Assembly: GCA_036265775.1 (NCBI GenBank)
Contig: DATAOM010000355.1
Location: 1 to 32,622 of the forward strand
Length of the DNA stretch: 32,622 bases
Reading direction: 5' to 3'
DNA from: Ktedonobacterales bacterium
GTDB taxonomy: Bacteria > Chloroflexota > Ktedonobacteria > Ktedonobacterales > JADMIN01
The translations under genes were made by a program, and so were the position numbers. Under the pieces are notes generated by a model. It did not search any database, was not told the DNA's origin, and saw only the letters and a program-made list of their open reading frames with translations. Shown here in pieces: positions 8,264-18,130 of the stretch (position 1 is the first letter of the stretch; the number at the start of each line of letters is the position of its first letter).

Positions 8264-10018
8264 TTACGTCGCCGTGTCTGTCGCGGGCTGCTGCTTCTGC
8301 TCAAACGCGGCCAGGACTGCGGCGACTGAGCTGTAGTAGGCGTCCGTCCCCACCAGCTTCGTCACCTCATAGGTGTCCAGTTCGGCGCGCACGTTGCCGG
8401 CGACCTCCGCGAAGACGAGGCGAACGCCGCGCTCCTTGAGTTGGCCAAAAGACTGGCGTATCGTCGCCCCGCCCGACCAGTCCACGTCGTCGATTGCCGC
8501 CGCATCGACGCAGAGCCAGGAGACTGGAGGGTCCGCTCCATTGACGAGGTCAAGGATCTCCTCGGAGAACTTTTCGGTGTTCGCGTAGTAGAGGCTGTGG
8601 TTGAACCGATAAATCAGCAGGCCGGGGGTCGCCTCCGCAGGCGTGGTGACCGGCAGGGAGCGCCAGCCTTGTGCGCCATCCACCACCTCCGGCGCCAGCA
8701 CCGTATTCCTGGGTTGGTATCCTCGCCGCACGTGTTCCAGCAGCGAGAGGACCATCGCCAGGAAGATCGCCTGCTCGACGCCGATGAAGACCACGGTCGC
8801 GGCTGTAATGAGCGCAACCCAGAATTCGGGAGGTCGCTGCGCCAGGATGGAGCGCATACCCTTGATGTCGATGAGTTCCACGCCGATGTAGAACACTACG
8901 GCGGCTAATACCGCGTTTGGCATAAATGCCAGCGGTTTGGTCAGGAAGAGCAACACAATCAGGACAAGGACACTGGTGGTGAGTTGAGAAATCTGGCTGC
9001 GTCCTCCAGCGCCATCGACCATTTGGGTCTTGGTGGGGCTGCCATTCACGACAAATGTGCCAGACAAACCAGCCCCGACGCTGGCGAAGGTGAGCCCAAC
9101 CAGATCGCTGTTCTCGCTAAAGCGCTCGTTGTATTTGGCGGCATAGGCGCGTGAGGTAGCGGCGCTCTGGGCGAGAATGACGAGGAAACAGGAAAAGGCG
9201 ATAGGGATGAGGGGAGGGATGTCGTTCCAGGTCACGCCTTGTGGCAAGCCAAATGTGGGGAGACCGCTTGGCACGGTCCCCAAGGTTGAGACGCCTTTCG
9301 CAGATAAGTTGAAAAAATAGCTGGCGGCGATCATGCCGATAACCGCGATCAGCGCGCCAGGGATATTCGGCGCGAAGCGCTTGCAGCCAATGATCAGGCC
9401 AAGAACGATCAGCGAGACGAGGAGGGTGAGGCCGCTCGTTTGTGGGAGTTGTTGAATGTCTTTGACCAGCTTGTCGAGCGTGCCACTCCCGCCACCTGGC
9501 AGTCCGAGCATCCCAGAGATCTGGCCGATGGCAACCTGGATGCCGACGCCCGTCAGGAAGCCGATCAACACGGTGCGCGAGAGGAAGTCCGCCAGAAATC
9601 CCAGCCCGATGATGCGGGCGATGAGCAAGATCGCGGCGGTGATCAAGGCCAGGAGTCCCGCCAATGCGATGTACTGCGGTGAAGCCGTCGCCGCCAGTCC
9701 AGCCAGCCCAGCCGCCATGATCGCCGCCGTAGCCGAATCCGCGCCGACGACCAGGTGGCGAGACGACCCCAACAGGGCGAACAGCGCGATAGGGATGAGG
9801 ATGGTATAGAGGCCGGTAATGACTGGCATGCCAGCGATCTTGGTATAGCCCATCACCTCAGGGATGGCGAGCGCGGCTAACGTCACACCAGCGACGATAT
9901 CAGTGGAAACTCGCGCCCGGTCTATTGGCAGGACGCCCTCCATGATGGAGAACTGGCGACCGAATAGCGAGAACTGACGACCTGCTGCAGGGCCCTGACG
10001 CTTGTGAACGACGGCCAT
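8264..10018 (-). CDS. SulP-family anion transporter with C-terminal STAS domain
   Basis: SulP signature region DIVAGVTLAALAIPEVMGYTKIAGMPVITGLYT, multiple TM segments and a STAS-like C-terminus (LIYRFNHSLYYANTEKF...RGVRLVFAEV). I place the start at ATG 10018 because AAGGAGGA lies 5 nt upstream. The track's extension to 10387 overlaps the upstream gene. Confidence 0.9.
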   Translation of the reverse strand: MAVVHKRQGPAAGRQFSLFGRQFSIMEGVLPIDRARVSTDIVAGVTLAALAIPEVMGYTKIAGMPVITGLYTILIPIALFALLGSSRHLVVGADSATAAIMAAGLAGLAATASPQYIALAGLLALITAAILLIARIIGLGFLADFLSRTVLIGFLTGVGIQVAIGQISGMLGLPGGGSGTLDKLVKDIQQLPQTSGLTLLVSLIVLGLIIGCKRFAPNIPGALIAVIGMIAASYFFNLSAKGVSTLGTVPSGLPTFGLPQGVTWNDIPPLIPIAFSCFLVILAQSAATSRAYAAKYNERFSENSDLVGLTFASVGAGLSGTFVVNGSPTKTQMVDGAGGRSQISQLTTSVLVLIVLLFLTKPLAFMPNAVLAAVVFYIGVELIDIKGMRSILAQRPPEFWVALITAATVVFIGVEQAIFLAMVLSLLEHVRRGYQPRNTVLAPEVVDGAQGWRSLPVTTPAEATPGLLIYRFNHSLYYANTEKFSEEILDLVNGADPPVSWLCVDAAAIDDVDWSGGATIRQSFGQLKERGVRLVFAEVAGNVRAELDTYEVTKLVGTDAYYSSVAAVLAAFEQKQQPATDTAT

Positions 10019-10119
10019 ACCATCCTCCTTCGCACTACCCCAAGACAAGAACCAGCCTGGTGGAGGCGTGAAGAGACGCTTCGCTGACGGCGTCCTCAAC
10101 GCGCAACTTGCGCCATTCG

Positions 10120-11592
10120 CTACACGCCGGTCTGCGCCTTTATGCGCCCGGACTTCGCTGCCTGGATGAGCGCGGCATAATCCTGCTCGTTCTGGTTCGC
10201 GTACGCCACCGAGAACTCGGCGATGGCCCGGTCGAATGTCTCGTTCTTCCCTAAATAGGCGGCGATGGCGATTGGGTCGCCCGAGCGCGCATGGGCGCGG
10301 GCGAGACTCCAGGCGCACATCTTGGCATAGAAGACCATCATCCTGGGCGTCATCGTCTCGATCGCCGCCGACACCTTCCAGTCCCACAACTGCCGCACAT
10401 AGTAATCCTGAGGCAGATCATCACCGAGCTGGATGTGGTCCCATCCGAGGAGGATATCCGTGGTGGCCTGGATCAATCGCTGGCCGTTGACCACTCGCTC
10501 GCCATGCTTGGCGTACTTGCTCTGCCCAGCATACGGTTCCAGGACGGAGGCTTGCGCCTCCTTGACCTGCAGGAACAGCGGATCGGTCTCATCACGCCCG
10601 ACGAGCAGGATGATCCATGTGCGCGTGCCCACACTGCCGACTCCGACGACCTTGCGAGCGACATCGACGTAGCGGTACTCCTCCACAAGCTGGCGGCGGT
10701 CGATCAGCAGTGTCTGCCGATAGCTGCGAATGAAGTCGCGTACGATGTCCTCGATGCGACGATGCTCCTCGGCAGGCAAGAGCTCCTGCAGACGGACAAC
10801 CAGCGGCGGGCTGCTGACGATTTGCAGTTGACCATCCACACGGCGCGTCAGCTTTTCAAGCGCGCGCGCATTGTCTTTAGTGTGCGCTTCCGCTACCCTG
10901 AGGTCCAATCTCGCCAGCTCCTGTGGCCGCGTTTCTCCTCCCCACCGCTGGCGAACACCCGCCATATCCAACCTGGCGTACCAGATGGCGAGGTTGCCCA
11001 TAGCGGCGAATTCGCGCATGGCGCGCCGGTATTCCGCCGCGACAGCCAACACGCAGAACCGGCGGTCTTTGTCTGAGAAGGCTCGTTCACGTCCGGCGAT
11101 TTCGATGCTGGCGGCAAGCCGCTTGACATCCCATTCCCATGGGCCAGGCAGCGTCTCGTCAAAATCGTTGATGCCGAAGACGAGGTCGCGCTCCGGCGAG
11201 GCGAATCCACCAAAGTTCGCTAGGTGCGCGTCACCGCAGAGTTGCGCGTGCATTCCAGACTGTGGAGTCGTGGACAGATCCGAGGCCATGATGACCGCGG
11301 AGCCTCGATAAAAGGCGAAGGGAGACGCGAGCATACGCCCGTACCTGATGGGGACAAGGTCAGCTACCCGGGTTCGCGCCTGCTCCTCCAAGAGCGCGAT
11401 GGGATCGGGCCGGTCTGCTGGCGCCGTCCAGGCGGCATGGCCCTCGCGGGGCGTTTTGGCGCGGGCGGCTCTCCCGATGGCGACACGCTCATCTACGGTC
11501 AAATGTTTGACAATGGCGGGCTTCACGTCTGTGGGCGCGCTGGCGTTCACAGAGTGTGGCCGCGCCTGGCGACCCGTCACTTTCTTCGTCAT
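10120..11592 (-). CDS. DUF2252 domain-containing protein
   Basis: Matches the family pattern I know from actinobacterial DUF2252 proteins: DRPDPIALLEEQ, IRYGRMLASPFAFYRGSA, CGDAHLANFGGFASPERDLVFGINDFDETLPGPWEWDVKRLAAS. The preferred start is ATG 11592 (GGGGAGGGGG just upstream). ATG 11664 is the alternative. Confidence 0.8.
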   Translation of the reverse strand: MTKKVTGRQARPHSVNASAPTDVKPAIVKHLTVDERVAIGRAARAKTPREGHAAWTAPADRPDPIALLEEQARTRVADLVPIRYGRMLASPFAFYRGSAVIMASDLSTTPQSGMHAQLCGDAHLANFGGFASPERDLVFGINDFDETLPGPWEWDVKRLAASIEIAGRERAFSDKDRRFCVLAVAAEYRRAMREFAAMGNLAIWYARLDMAGVRQRWGGETRPQELARLDLRVAEAHTKDNARALEKLTRRVDGQLQIVSSPPLVVRLQELLPAEEHRRIEDIVRDFIRSYRQTLLIDRRQLVEEYRYVDVARKVVGVGSVGTRTWIILLVGRDETDPLFLQVKEAQASVLEPYAGQSKYAKHGERVVNGQRLIQATTDILLGWDHIQLGDDLPQDYYVRQLWDWKVSAAIETMTPRMMVFYAKMCAWSLARAHARSGDPIAIAAYLGKNETFDRAIAEFSVAYANQNEQDYAALIQAAKSGRIKAQTGV

Positions 11593-11802
11593 AACCCCCT
11601 CCCCCCACGTGAATCCATCGTGTTTTGCGATCGCGACTGCGCCTCCATACGCGCTCTCGTTCATAATCGTTTATCTGTTTGGCAAACGCATTATCGAACA
11701 CGATCCGGTTTGGCGTCCAACGTGAACAACGTGAACAACGTCGTCTGTGCGCATGGCTGAACATGAACGATCACGGCTCAAGCGACTGGCCTTTGATAAT
11801 AC

Positions 11803-11831
11803 TTGCCTACTTGGTATCGTTGTGTGATACT
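11803..11831 (+). promoter_or_regulatory. Sigma70-like promoter candidate (TTGCCT-17 nt-GATACT with extended -10 TG)
   Basis: TTGCCT at 11803-11808, a 17-nt spacer, TG at 11823-11824 and GATACT at 11826-11831. It points towards ppk2 but lies about 480 nt upstream of its start. Confidence 0.4.
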
Positions 11832-12312
11832 GGCTTTATGGAATGTTAAAGCCGTGTTAAGGCATTCCATCGGCGGAGCGGTCACTCCAGGTTGGGCGAG
11901 ACGCCTAGCGGGATAACTCACCGATTCTGGCGCTGACCGCAAACAGCGCAAGTCTATGCCCGCCTTCTTTCTCCTCTGGCGGAGGCCGTGCGAGGTTGCC
12001 AGCCTGATGTTCCTCGAATCGGGAGACGTATACCGACAACTCCAGGATGGGGCGCTCGCTTCTTGCGTGTGGCCACGCGGTGTCAGATAACGTCTTCCAG
12101 ATACATCCTAGACTTATGCGCTTGACACCCATCACTGGGAAGTCGCGCTTCGCATGATCTTGTGGAGACATACACGAGATATACCCTCAGCAGATGACAT
12201 CATCAGGAATCGACGCGTAATCCACGCATGAACGAGAGTCGCCACACGAGGAGGAAATCGTAGTTGGTGAGATAGAGCGCGGGATGTTGTGTGGAGAGAA
12301 GGGAGTACGCAG

Positions 12313-13245
12313 ATGGCGAAGAAGGGCAAGCGCAAACACCAGCATGAGGACGATGGCGAGAGCGGCGCGACGCTGACTCGTGACCCAGAAGCTGAAGGTC
12401 ATGCCAAAGGCCATTCTGGCAAAAACAGCCGCGAGCAGGCAGCAGGGCTGAATGGACGGGGCGCGGCGCGCAAGCCGATGAGCGCCAAGGAATACGAGAA
12501 GGCGCTCAAGCCGCTCCAGGTCGAGCTGGTGAAGCTGCAAAACTGGGCAAAGCAGACTGGCGCGCGCGTCATCGTCGTCTTCGAGGGGCGCGACGCCGCC
12601 GGCAAGGGCGGCTGCATCAAAGCCATTACCGAGCGGGTCAGCCCGCGCGTCTTCCGTATCGCCGCCCTTCCTGCCCCCACCGAGCGCGAAAAGACGCAAA
12701 TGTATTTTCAGCGCTACATGGAACACTTCCCGGCGGCCAGCGAGATCGTGCTCTTCGACCGTAGCTGGTATAACCGCGCCGGGGTGGAGCATGTCTTAGG
12801 CTATTGCACCGACGAACAGTATCGCGCCTTCCTGCGTGTGACCCCTGAGACCGAACGGGTCGTGGTCCAGTCTGGGATCATCCTGCTCAAGTACTGGTTA
12901 GAGGTGAGCCAGGAAGAGCAAACCCGCCGCTTCGAGGAGCGCATCCACGATGGGCGCAAGACGTGGAAGCTCAGCCCGCAGGACCTGGAGGCGCACCGCC
13001 TCTGGTACGACTATTCACGCGCTCGTGATGCGATGTTCGCCGCGACCGACACGCTGGAGGCGCCCTGGTATGTGATTGACGCCGAGGATCAGAAGCGCGC
13101 GCGCCTCAATTGCATCGCGCATCTGCTCAGCCAGATCCCCTACGAGGCGGTTCCGAGCAAGCCAGTCCGCCTGCCCAAACGCCAGGACGCCGATGGCTAT
13201 GTCGAGCCGAACTGGCGCCGTCACCCGGTTCCTGACGCCTATTGA
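12313..13245 (+). CDS. ppk2: Polyphosphate kinase 2 (PPK2)
   Basis: Walker A-like FEGRDAAGKGG, plus PR.F..A.P.PTEREK and FDRSWYNRAGVEHVLGYC hallmarks. GGGAG lies 7 nt before ATG 12313. An internal ATG at 12478 (MSAKEYEK) is an alternative start that would remove a charged about 55-aa N-terminal extension. Confidence 0.9.
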   Translation: MAKKGKRKHQHEDDGESGATLTRDPEAEGHAKGHSGKNSREQAAGLNGRGAARKPMSAKEYEKALKPLQVELVKLQNWAKQTGARVIVVFEGRDAAGKGGCIKAITERVSPRVFRIAALPAPTEREKTQMYFQRYMEHFPAASEIVLFDRSWYNRAGVEHVLGYCTDEQYRAFLRVTPETERVVVQSGIILLKYWLEVSQEEQTRRFEERIHDGRKTWKLSPQDLEAHRLWYDYSRARDAMFAATDTLEAPWYVIDAEDQKRARLNCIAHLLSQIPYEAVPSKPVRLPKRQDADGYVEPNWRRHPVPDAY

Positions 13246-13327
13246 GTCGTCGTAGCGCTTCATCCATCTAGCGACCGGAGCGTGCCGCTGGTTGTGGGAA
13301 TGATGGGAGCCGGTCAAGGAGAAAGCC

Positions 13328-16135
13328 ATGAGTTCGCCAACGACCACTGAGCCAGACGCGACCGCATCAGGTCCGGTGTGGCATACCCTCAGTGTCAGCG
13401 ATGCGTTACAGCATGAAGAGGTCGATCCAACCAAGGGCCTCAGTCCCGCCGAAGCCGAAACGCGTCTGCAGAAATACGGCCCCAACGCCTTCGCGCAGGC
13501 GGAGAAAGAGCCGGGCTGGCGCGCCTTCCTGCGTCAGTTCCGCGACCCGATGCAGATCGTGCTGCTCGTGGCTGGCGCGATCAGCGGTATCGCGATTCAG
13601 CAGTGGGCCACAGCCGTCGTCTTGATTGGCCTGGCGGTCTTCAACGCCGTGCTCTCGCTGCGCCAGGAAGGCAAGGCGGAGGCCAGCGTCGCCGCGCTGC
13701 AGAAGATGCTGCTCGTCAAGACGCGTGTGCGACGTGGTGGTGAGACGCTGCAGATTCCGGCGGACCAGGTGGTTCCCGGCGATATTGTGCTGTTTGAAGC
13801 CGGCGACCGTGTGCCGGCGGATGGGCGCCTCATTCGCGCCGCCACGGTAGAGATCGACGAATCGGCGCTGACGGGTGAGAGCGCGCCGGTGCCAAAACTG
13901 ACTGAGCCGGTAGAGAAGGTGGACACGCCGCTGGGCGACCGCGTGGACATGGCGTACATGAACACCAACGTCACGCGCGGCTCCGGCGAGTTGCTCGTGA
14001 CGGCCACCGGCATGTCCACCGAGGTCGGGCACATCTCCGGGCTGCTGCAAGCGACCAAGCTCGAAGAGACGCCGCTGACCAAGCAACTCAATGTCTTGAC
14101 TGGGCAAATCATCACGATTGCGGTCGTGGCGCTGGCGATCTCGCTTTTGATCGGCAGGTCTCGCGATACCCCGCGGGATCTCCTCTTTCTCACTGGTGTC
14201 GCCTTCGCCATCTCGGCCATCCCAACGGGCCTCCCGGCTGTCGTGACCTACCTCTTAGCCACTGGGACGACCACGCTCGCAGCAGCCGGAGCGATCGTTA
14301 AGCGGCTGCGCTCGGTGGAGACGCTGGGGGCGACCTCGGCCATCAACTCCGACAAAACCGGCACGCTCACCCTCAACCAGATGACCGCCGTCGAGATGGC
14401 GACGTTCGGCCAGCGCTATACCGTCACCGGCAGTGGCTATGGCACGGACGGACAGATCACGCGCGTCGGCGGCCAGCCCAATCCTGACCTGGAGCCGTAT
14501 CTGCTGCCCATGGCGCTCGCCTCGGACGCGGTGGCCAAGGACGGCGCGCTGGTAGGCGATCCCACTGAGGGCGCGCTCGTCGTGCTGGCGGCCAAGGGCG
14601 GCATCGACGCCACGACAACACGGGAAGAGTATCCCCGTGTGGCGACGCTGCCGTTTGACGCAGCCTACAAGCTCATGGCCACCTTCCATCACATGAAGGA
14701 TGAATCTGGCAAAGACGTGATCCGCTGCTTCGTCAAGGGGGCGCCGGATCAACTGCTGGCCCGCGCGAGTTCGGGTCTGGGGGCCGACCAGCAGACCCTC
14801 TCGGTGGACGAGGGACGCGAGAAGTATCTGGCGTACAACGAGAGCCTGGGCAAGCAGGGGCTGCGGGTCATGGCGATTGCGCGCAAAGACTTCGACCCCG
14901 CCAGTTTCAACCCTGACGCCGATCTCTTGCCGTTGATAGACGGTCTCACCTTGCTGGCGCTGGTGGGCATCGTCGATCCGCCGCGACCCGAGGCCAGGAC
15001 CGCGATTGCCAAGGCCCGGGAGGCGGGCATCCAGGTGCGTATGATCACCGGTGACCACGCCGTCACCGCCGCCGCCATCGCCGAGCAACTCGGCATCCCC
15101 GGTCGCGCGATCAGTGGGGCGGAGTTTGAGGCGCTGAGCGACGAGCAGGCGCAAGAACAGATCGACGAGATCGGCGTCATCGCGCGTGTCGCCCCCGAGG
15201 ACAAAGTGCGGCTGGTCAACATCCTCAAGAAGAAGGGCAATATCGTCGCCATGACGGGGGACGGCGTCAACGACGCCCCCGCGCTCAAGACGGCGGATAT
15301 TGGCGTGGCGATGGGCATCACCGGGACCGACGTCTCCAAGGAGGCGGCGGTGATGATCCTCACCGACGACAACTTCGCCACCATCGTGCGCGCGGTGGAA
15401 TTAGGGCGTACGCTCTACGGCAACCTGGTGAAGTACATTGAGTACCAGATGGGGTCGCTGTTCGCGTTCATCCTGACCTTCCTGGGGTCGGCGCTCTTCA
15501 ATATCCTGGGTGGCATCCCCTTCCTGCCGTTCCAGGTATTGTGGGTCAACTTCACGGTAAACGTCTTCGAGGCTATTGGTCTGGGGCTGGGCGCGCCCGC
15601 GCCAGGATTGATGGAGCGCCCGCCGCGTCCGGCGAATGAGCGGATCATGCCAATGCGCCTGGCCGTTCGGCTGGTGTTCCTGGGGCTAGTGATGGGCGCT
15701 GTGACGCTGGTCTGCATGCAGTATGTCGCTCAGAGACAGGACGATGTGCTGGCGCGGTCTATTGGCCTGACCGCCTTCTCGCTGGCGAGCATCTTCTTCG
15801 CGCTGGAGTGCAACGACGAACTCGGCTCAGTCTTCAGCCACAAGACCATCGAGAACACCAAGCTCATGCAGATGAGCGGGTTGTCGTTGCTGGCCACCTT
15901 CGTCGTGGTCCAGTTCAATTTCATGCAGCGCATCTTTGGCACCGAGGCGCTTGATATAAACCAGTGGCTCGTCTGCCTCGCCCTGGGGTCGATTGTGCTG
16001 TGGGTGGTCGAGATCATGAAGATCTTCCGCCGTCGCGCAGCAGCCCGTGCGGAGGCGAGCGCGGCTGCGACCGCAGAGGCGACCGTTACCACAGAGCCAG
16101 AGCCCGCCGTCAGCGCCGCCGCGCAAGGCGAGTAG
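13328..16135 (+). CDS. Cation-transporting P-type ATPase (P2/SERCA-like architecture)
   Basis: Phosphorylation motif DKTGTLT (Asp codon 14351-14353), TGES, MITGDH and TGDGVNDAPALK. 935 aa with about 10 TM. AAGGAGA lies upstream of ATG 13328. Confidence 0.93.
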   Translation: MSSPTTTEPDATASGPVWHTLSVSDALQHEEVDPTKGLSPAEAETRLQKYGPNAFAQAEKEPGWRAFLRQFRDPMQIVLLVAGAISGIAIQQWATAVVLIGLAVFNAVLSLRQEGKAEASVAALQKMLLVKTRVRRGGETLQIPADQVVPGDIVLFEAGDRVPADGRLIRAATVEIDESALTGESAPVPKLTEPVEKVDTPLGDRVDMAYMNTNVTRGSGELLVTATGMSTEVGHISGLLQATKLEETPLTKQLNVLTGQIITIAVVALAISLLIGRSRDTPRDLLFLTGVAFAISAIPTGLPAVVTYLLATGTTTLAAAGAIVKRLRSVETLGATSAINSDKTGTLTLNQMTAVEMATFGQRYTVTGSGYGTDGQITRVGGQPNPDLEPYLLPMALASDAVAKDGALVGDPTEGALVVLAAKGGIDATTTREEYPRVATLPFDAAYKLMATFHHMKDESGKDVIRCFVKGAPDQLLARASSGLGADQQTLSVDEGREKYLAYNESLGKQGLRVMAIARKDFDPASFNPDADLLPLIDGLTLLALVGIVDPPRPEARTAIAKAREAGIQVRMITGDHAVTAAAIAEQLGIPGRAISGAEFEALSDEQAQEQIDEIGVIARVAPEDKVRLVNILKKKGNIVAMTGDGVNDAPALKTADIGVAMGITGTDVSKEAAVMILTDDNFATIVRAVELGRTLYGNLVKYIEYQMGSLFAFILTFLGSALFNILGGIPFLPFQVLWVNFTVNVFEAIGLGLGAPAPGLMERPPRPANERIMPMRLAVRLVFLGLVMGAVTLVCMQYVAQRQDDVLARSIGLTAFSLASIFFALECNDELGSVFSHKTIENTKLMQMSGLSLLATFVVVQFNFMQRIFGTEALDINQWLVCLALGSIVLWVVEIMKIFRRRAAARAEASAAATAEATVTTEPEPAVSAAAQGE

Positions 16136-16160
16136 ACGGGAAAACGAAAGAACCGCAAAC

Positions 16161-16204
16161 GCAGACATGCCGCAATCAGCCATCCAGCACTGCGGTGTGT
16201 CTGC
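16161..16204 (+). terminator. Stem-loop immediately after the ATPase stop (possible terminator without a U-tract)
   Basis: GCAGACAUGCCGCA (16161-16174) pairs with UGCGGUGUGUCUGC (16191-16204): 14 bp including two G-U pairs, with a 16-nt loop. It starts 26 nt after stop 16135. No U-run follows. Confidence 0.3.
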
Positions 16205-16325
16205 AGCGGATCGCTCACTGAGACACGACCACAGTCGTAGATAGACCGCGCCAGGACCACCACATATTCTGTCCTGATGTTTTTGTCCTGGCGGCGTCGC
16301 ATTAGATTGTCTCTTGAGGCTTACG

Positions 16326-18041
16326 ATGTCAGCGCCTAGTTCCTCGTCATCGCGCCGCGCCCGTCTGGAACAGTGGGCGCCGGGGCTGCGTGTCCTGCGC
16401 ACATACGACCGATCCTGGTTGTCCAAAGATCTGGTCGCAGGTCTTGTCCTTTCCGCGCTGCTTATCCCACAGGGGATGGCCTATGCCGAGTTGGCTGGCC
16501 TCCCGGCGATTACTGGCCTCTACACTACCGTCATCTGCCTGCTCGCCTATGCGATCTTTGGCCCTTCTCCCCGCCTGGTGCTCGGCCCAGATTCGTCGTT
16601 GGGGCCGATGATCGCGGCGGCGATCTTGCCGCTGGCGGCGGGCAGCGTAGACCGCGCAGTAGGGCTGGCTGGCACACTGGCGCTTCTCGTTGGAGCGATC
16701 TGCGTGATAGCTGCGGTCGCGCGACTCGGATTCGTCGCCGACCTTATCTCCAAACCCGTGCGCATGGGCTATCTCGCGGGTTTAGCCGTCACAATCGCGG
16801 TAGGTCAATTGCCCAAACTGCTCGGCTTTTCTGTCGACGCAGATAGTTTTGTCCAGGAGGTGCGCGCGATTGTGACGCAGTTGGGGCAGACCAATTTCTG
16901 GACGTTTGCGGTTGGTCTCCTCACGTTGGTCATCATCGTTGGGCTGCGCCGCTGGGCGCCGCGAGCGCCGGGCATTCTCTTCGCCGTCTTCGCGGCGATC
17001 GTCGTTACCTCACTCCTGAATCTGGCTGCCCACGACGTCGCGACCGTCGGCGTCTTGCCACAAGGCTTCCCCCTGCCACAGTTGCCGCGCGCTTCCCTTT
17101 CGGACCTCCCGATTCTTATCGCCACGGCATTCGGCATCTCGCTGGTGGCCATTGGCGATACGATCTCTACCTCGGCGGGATTCGCTTCGCGCCAAGGGTT
17201 GGAGATAGACGCCAATCAGGAGCTTGTCGGCATCGGCGCGGCGAACGTGCTGGCGGGATTCTTCCAGGGATTTCCCATTAGCACCAGCAGCTCACGAACC
17301 GCCGTCGCTGAACAATCGGGCGCGAAGACTCAGTTGACTGGCGTGGTGTCGGCGGCGGTCGTGCTCGTCATGCTGTTGTTTCTTCCGGGCTTGGTACGCA
17401 ACCTGCCGCAGTCGGCGCTGGCCGCGATCCTGATCGTCGCCGCCGCAGGTCTCCTCGATCTTGAAGGTCTGCGCCAACTGCTGTTGGATAGCCAGAGCGA
17501 GTTTGTTCTCGCTATCATCTGCGCGCTCGGCGTCATCTTCATCGGCGTCTTGCAAGGTATCCTCGTGGCGATCCTGCTCTCGGTCTTTCAACTCTTTGCG
17601 CGTATATGGCGACCTCGATGGGCCGTGATGGGACGAGAGGATGGGCTGCCTGGCTTCCAGGATCTGCAGCGGCATCCAGCGGCGCGGCCATTGCCTGATA
17701 TCCTGATCATTCGATGGAGCGCCCCGCTGATGTTTGCGAACGCCACGGTGTTCCGCTCCGTCGTCCGGGAGCAGCTTACCCAGAGGGACCCGCAGCCGAA
17801 GTGGGTCGTCATCGCGGCCGAACCGATCACCGAATTGGACACCACAGCAGGCGACATGCTACGGGACCTGGACCTGGAACTCAATGCGAAGGGCATACAT
17901 CTGGCCTTCGCTGAGCTCCAGGGACCAGTACGGGAACATCTCATCAAGCTGGGGCTACAAAAGACAATTGACGCGCGGAACTTCTATCCAACGCTGGATA
18001 CGGCGATCGAGGCCATTGCGGAGCAGGCGCCAACGGAATGA
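16326..18041 (+). CDS. SulP-family anion transporter with C-terminal STAS domain (second, divergent copy)
   Basis: LVAGLVLSALLIPQGMAYAELAGLPAITGLYT and a STAS-like end (ILIIRWSAPLMFANATVF...GIHLAFAELQ). GAGG lies 6 nt before ATG 16326; the track's TTG at 16314 is 4 codons upstream. Confidence 0.9.
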   Translation: MSAPSSSSSRRARLEQWAPGLRVLRTYDRSWLSKDLVAGLVLSALLIPQGMAYAELAGLPAITGLYTTVICLLAYAIFGPSPRLVLGPDSSLGPMIAAAILPLAAGSVDRAVGLAGTLALLVGAICVIAAVARLGFVADLISKPVRMGYLAGLAVTIAVGQLPKLLGFSVDADSFVQEVRAIVTQLGQTNFWTFAVGLLTLVIIVGLRRWAPRAPGILFAVFAAIVVTSLLNLAAHDVATVGVLPQGFPLPQLPRASLSDLPILIATAFGISLVAIGDTISTSAGFASRQGLEIDANQELVGIGAANVLAGFFQGFPISTSSSRTAVAEQSGAKTQLTGVVSAAVVLVMLLFLPGLVRNLPQSALAAILIVAAAGLLDLEGLRQLLLDSQSEFVLAIICALGVIFIGVLQGILVAILLSVFQLFARIWRPRWAVMGREDGLPGFQDLQRHPAARPLPDILIIRWSAPLMFANATVFRSVVREQLTQRDPQPKWVVIAAEPITELDTTAGDMLRDLDLELNAKGIHLAFAELQGPVREHLIKLGLQKTIDARNFYPTLDTAIEAIAEQAPTE

Positions 18042-18130
18042 GATCAGTAGCCCCTGGATTGACGCGCGCCACCTAGCGCCCTCACGAATAACTGATACCA
18101 AGTCTTGGGAGACATCCGTAAAATGAAGTC

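Noticed and set aside
10019-10387. N-terminal 123-codon extension of the SulP ORF (track start 10387)
   Set aside because: The extension overlaps the 3' end of the DUF2252 gene and is Arg/Gly-rich with no TM or SulP features. An ATG with a perfect AAGGAGGA SD sits at 10018, right before the conserved SulP N-terminus.
11718-11741. CAACGTGAA x2.7 direct repeat upstream of the DUF2252 gene as a regulatory iteron
   Set aside because: It is too short and isolated to support on its own. It is mentioned only in the context of the long intergenic-region finding.
11905-12171. 88-aa minus-strand ORF, and neighbouring small ORFs, in the DUF2252-ppk2 intergenic region
   Set aside because: It has no SD and no recognisable motif. 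Its odd composition runs through the region I interpret as leader or ncRNA.
13406-15384. Several 200-300-aa minus-strand ORFs (13406-14107, 13597-14220, 14255-15154, 14749-15384) within the P-type ATPase gene
   Set aside because: These are shadow ORFs. The plus frame carries every P-type ATPase hallmark, and the antisense frames have no motifs or SD sequences.
8264-18041. The two oppositely oriented SulP/STAS genes as inverted repeats bounding a composite mobile unit (DUF2252, ppk2, ATPase)
   Set aside because: The two proteins are only distantly related (roughly 35-40% identity by eye in the conserved N-terminal region), and no nucleotide-level inverted repeat is visible. They are old paralogues, not IS-like arms.
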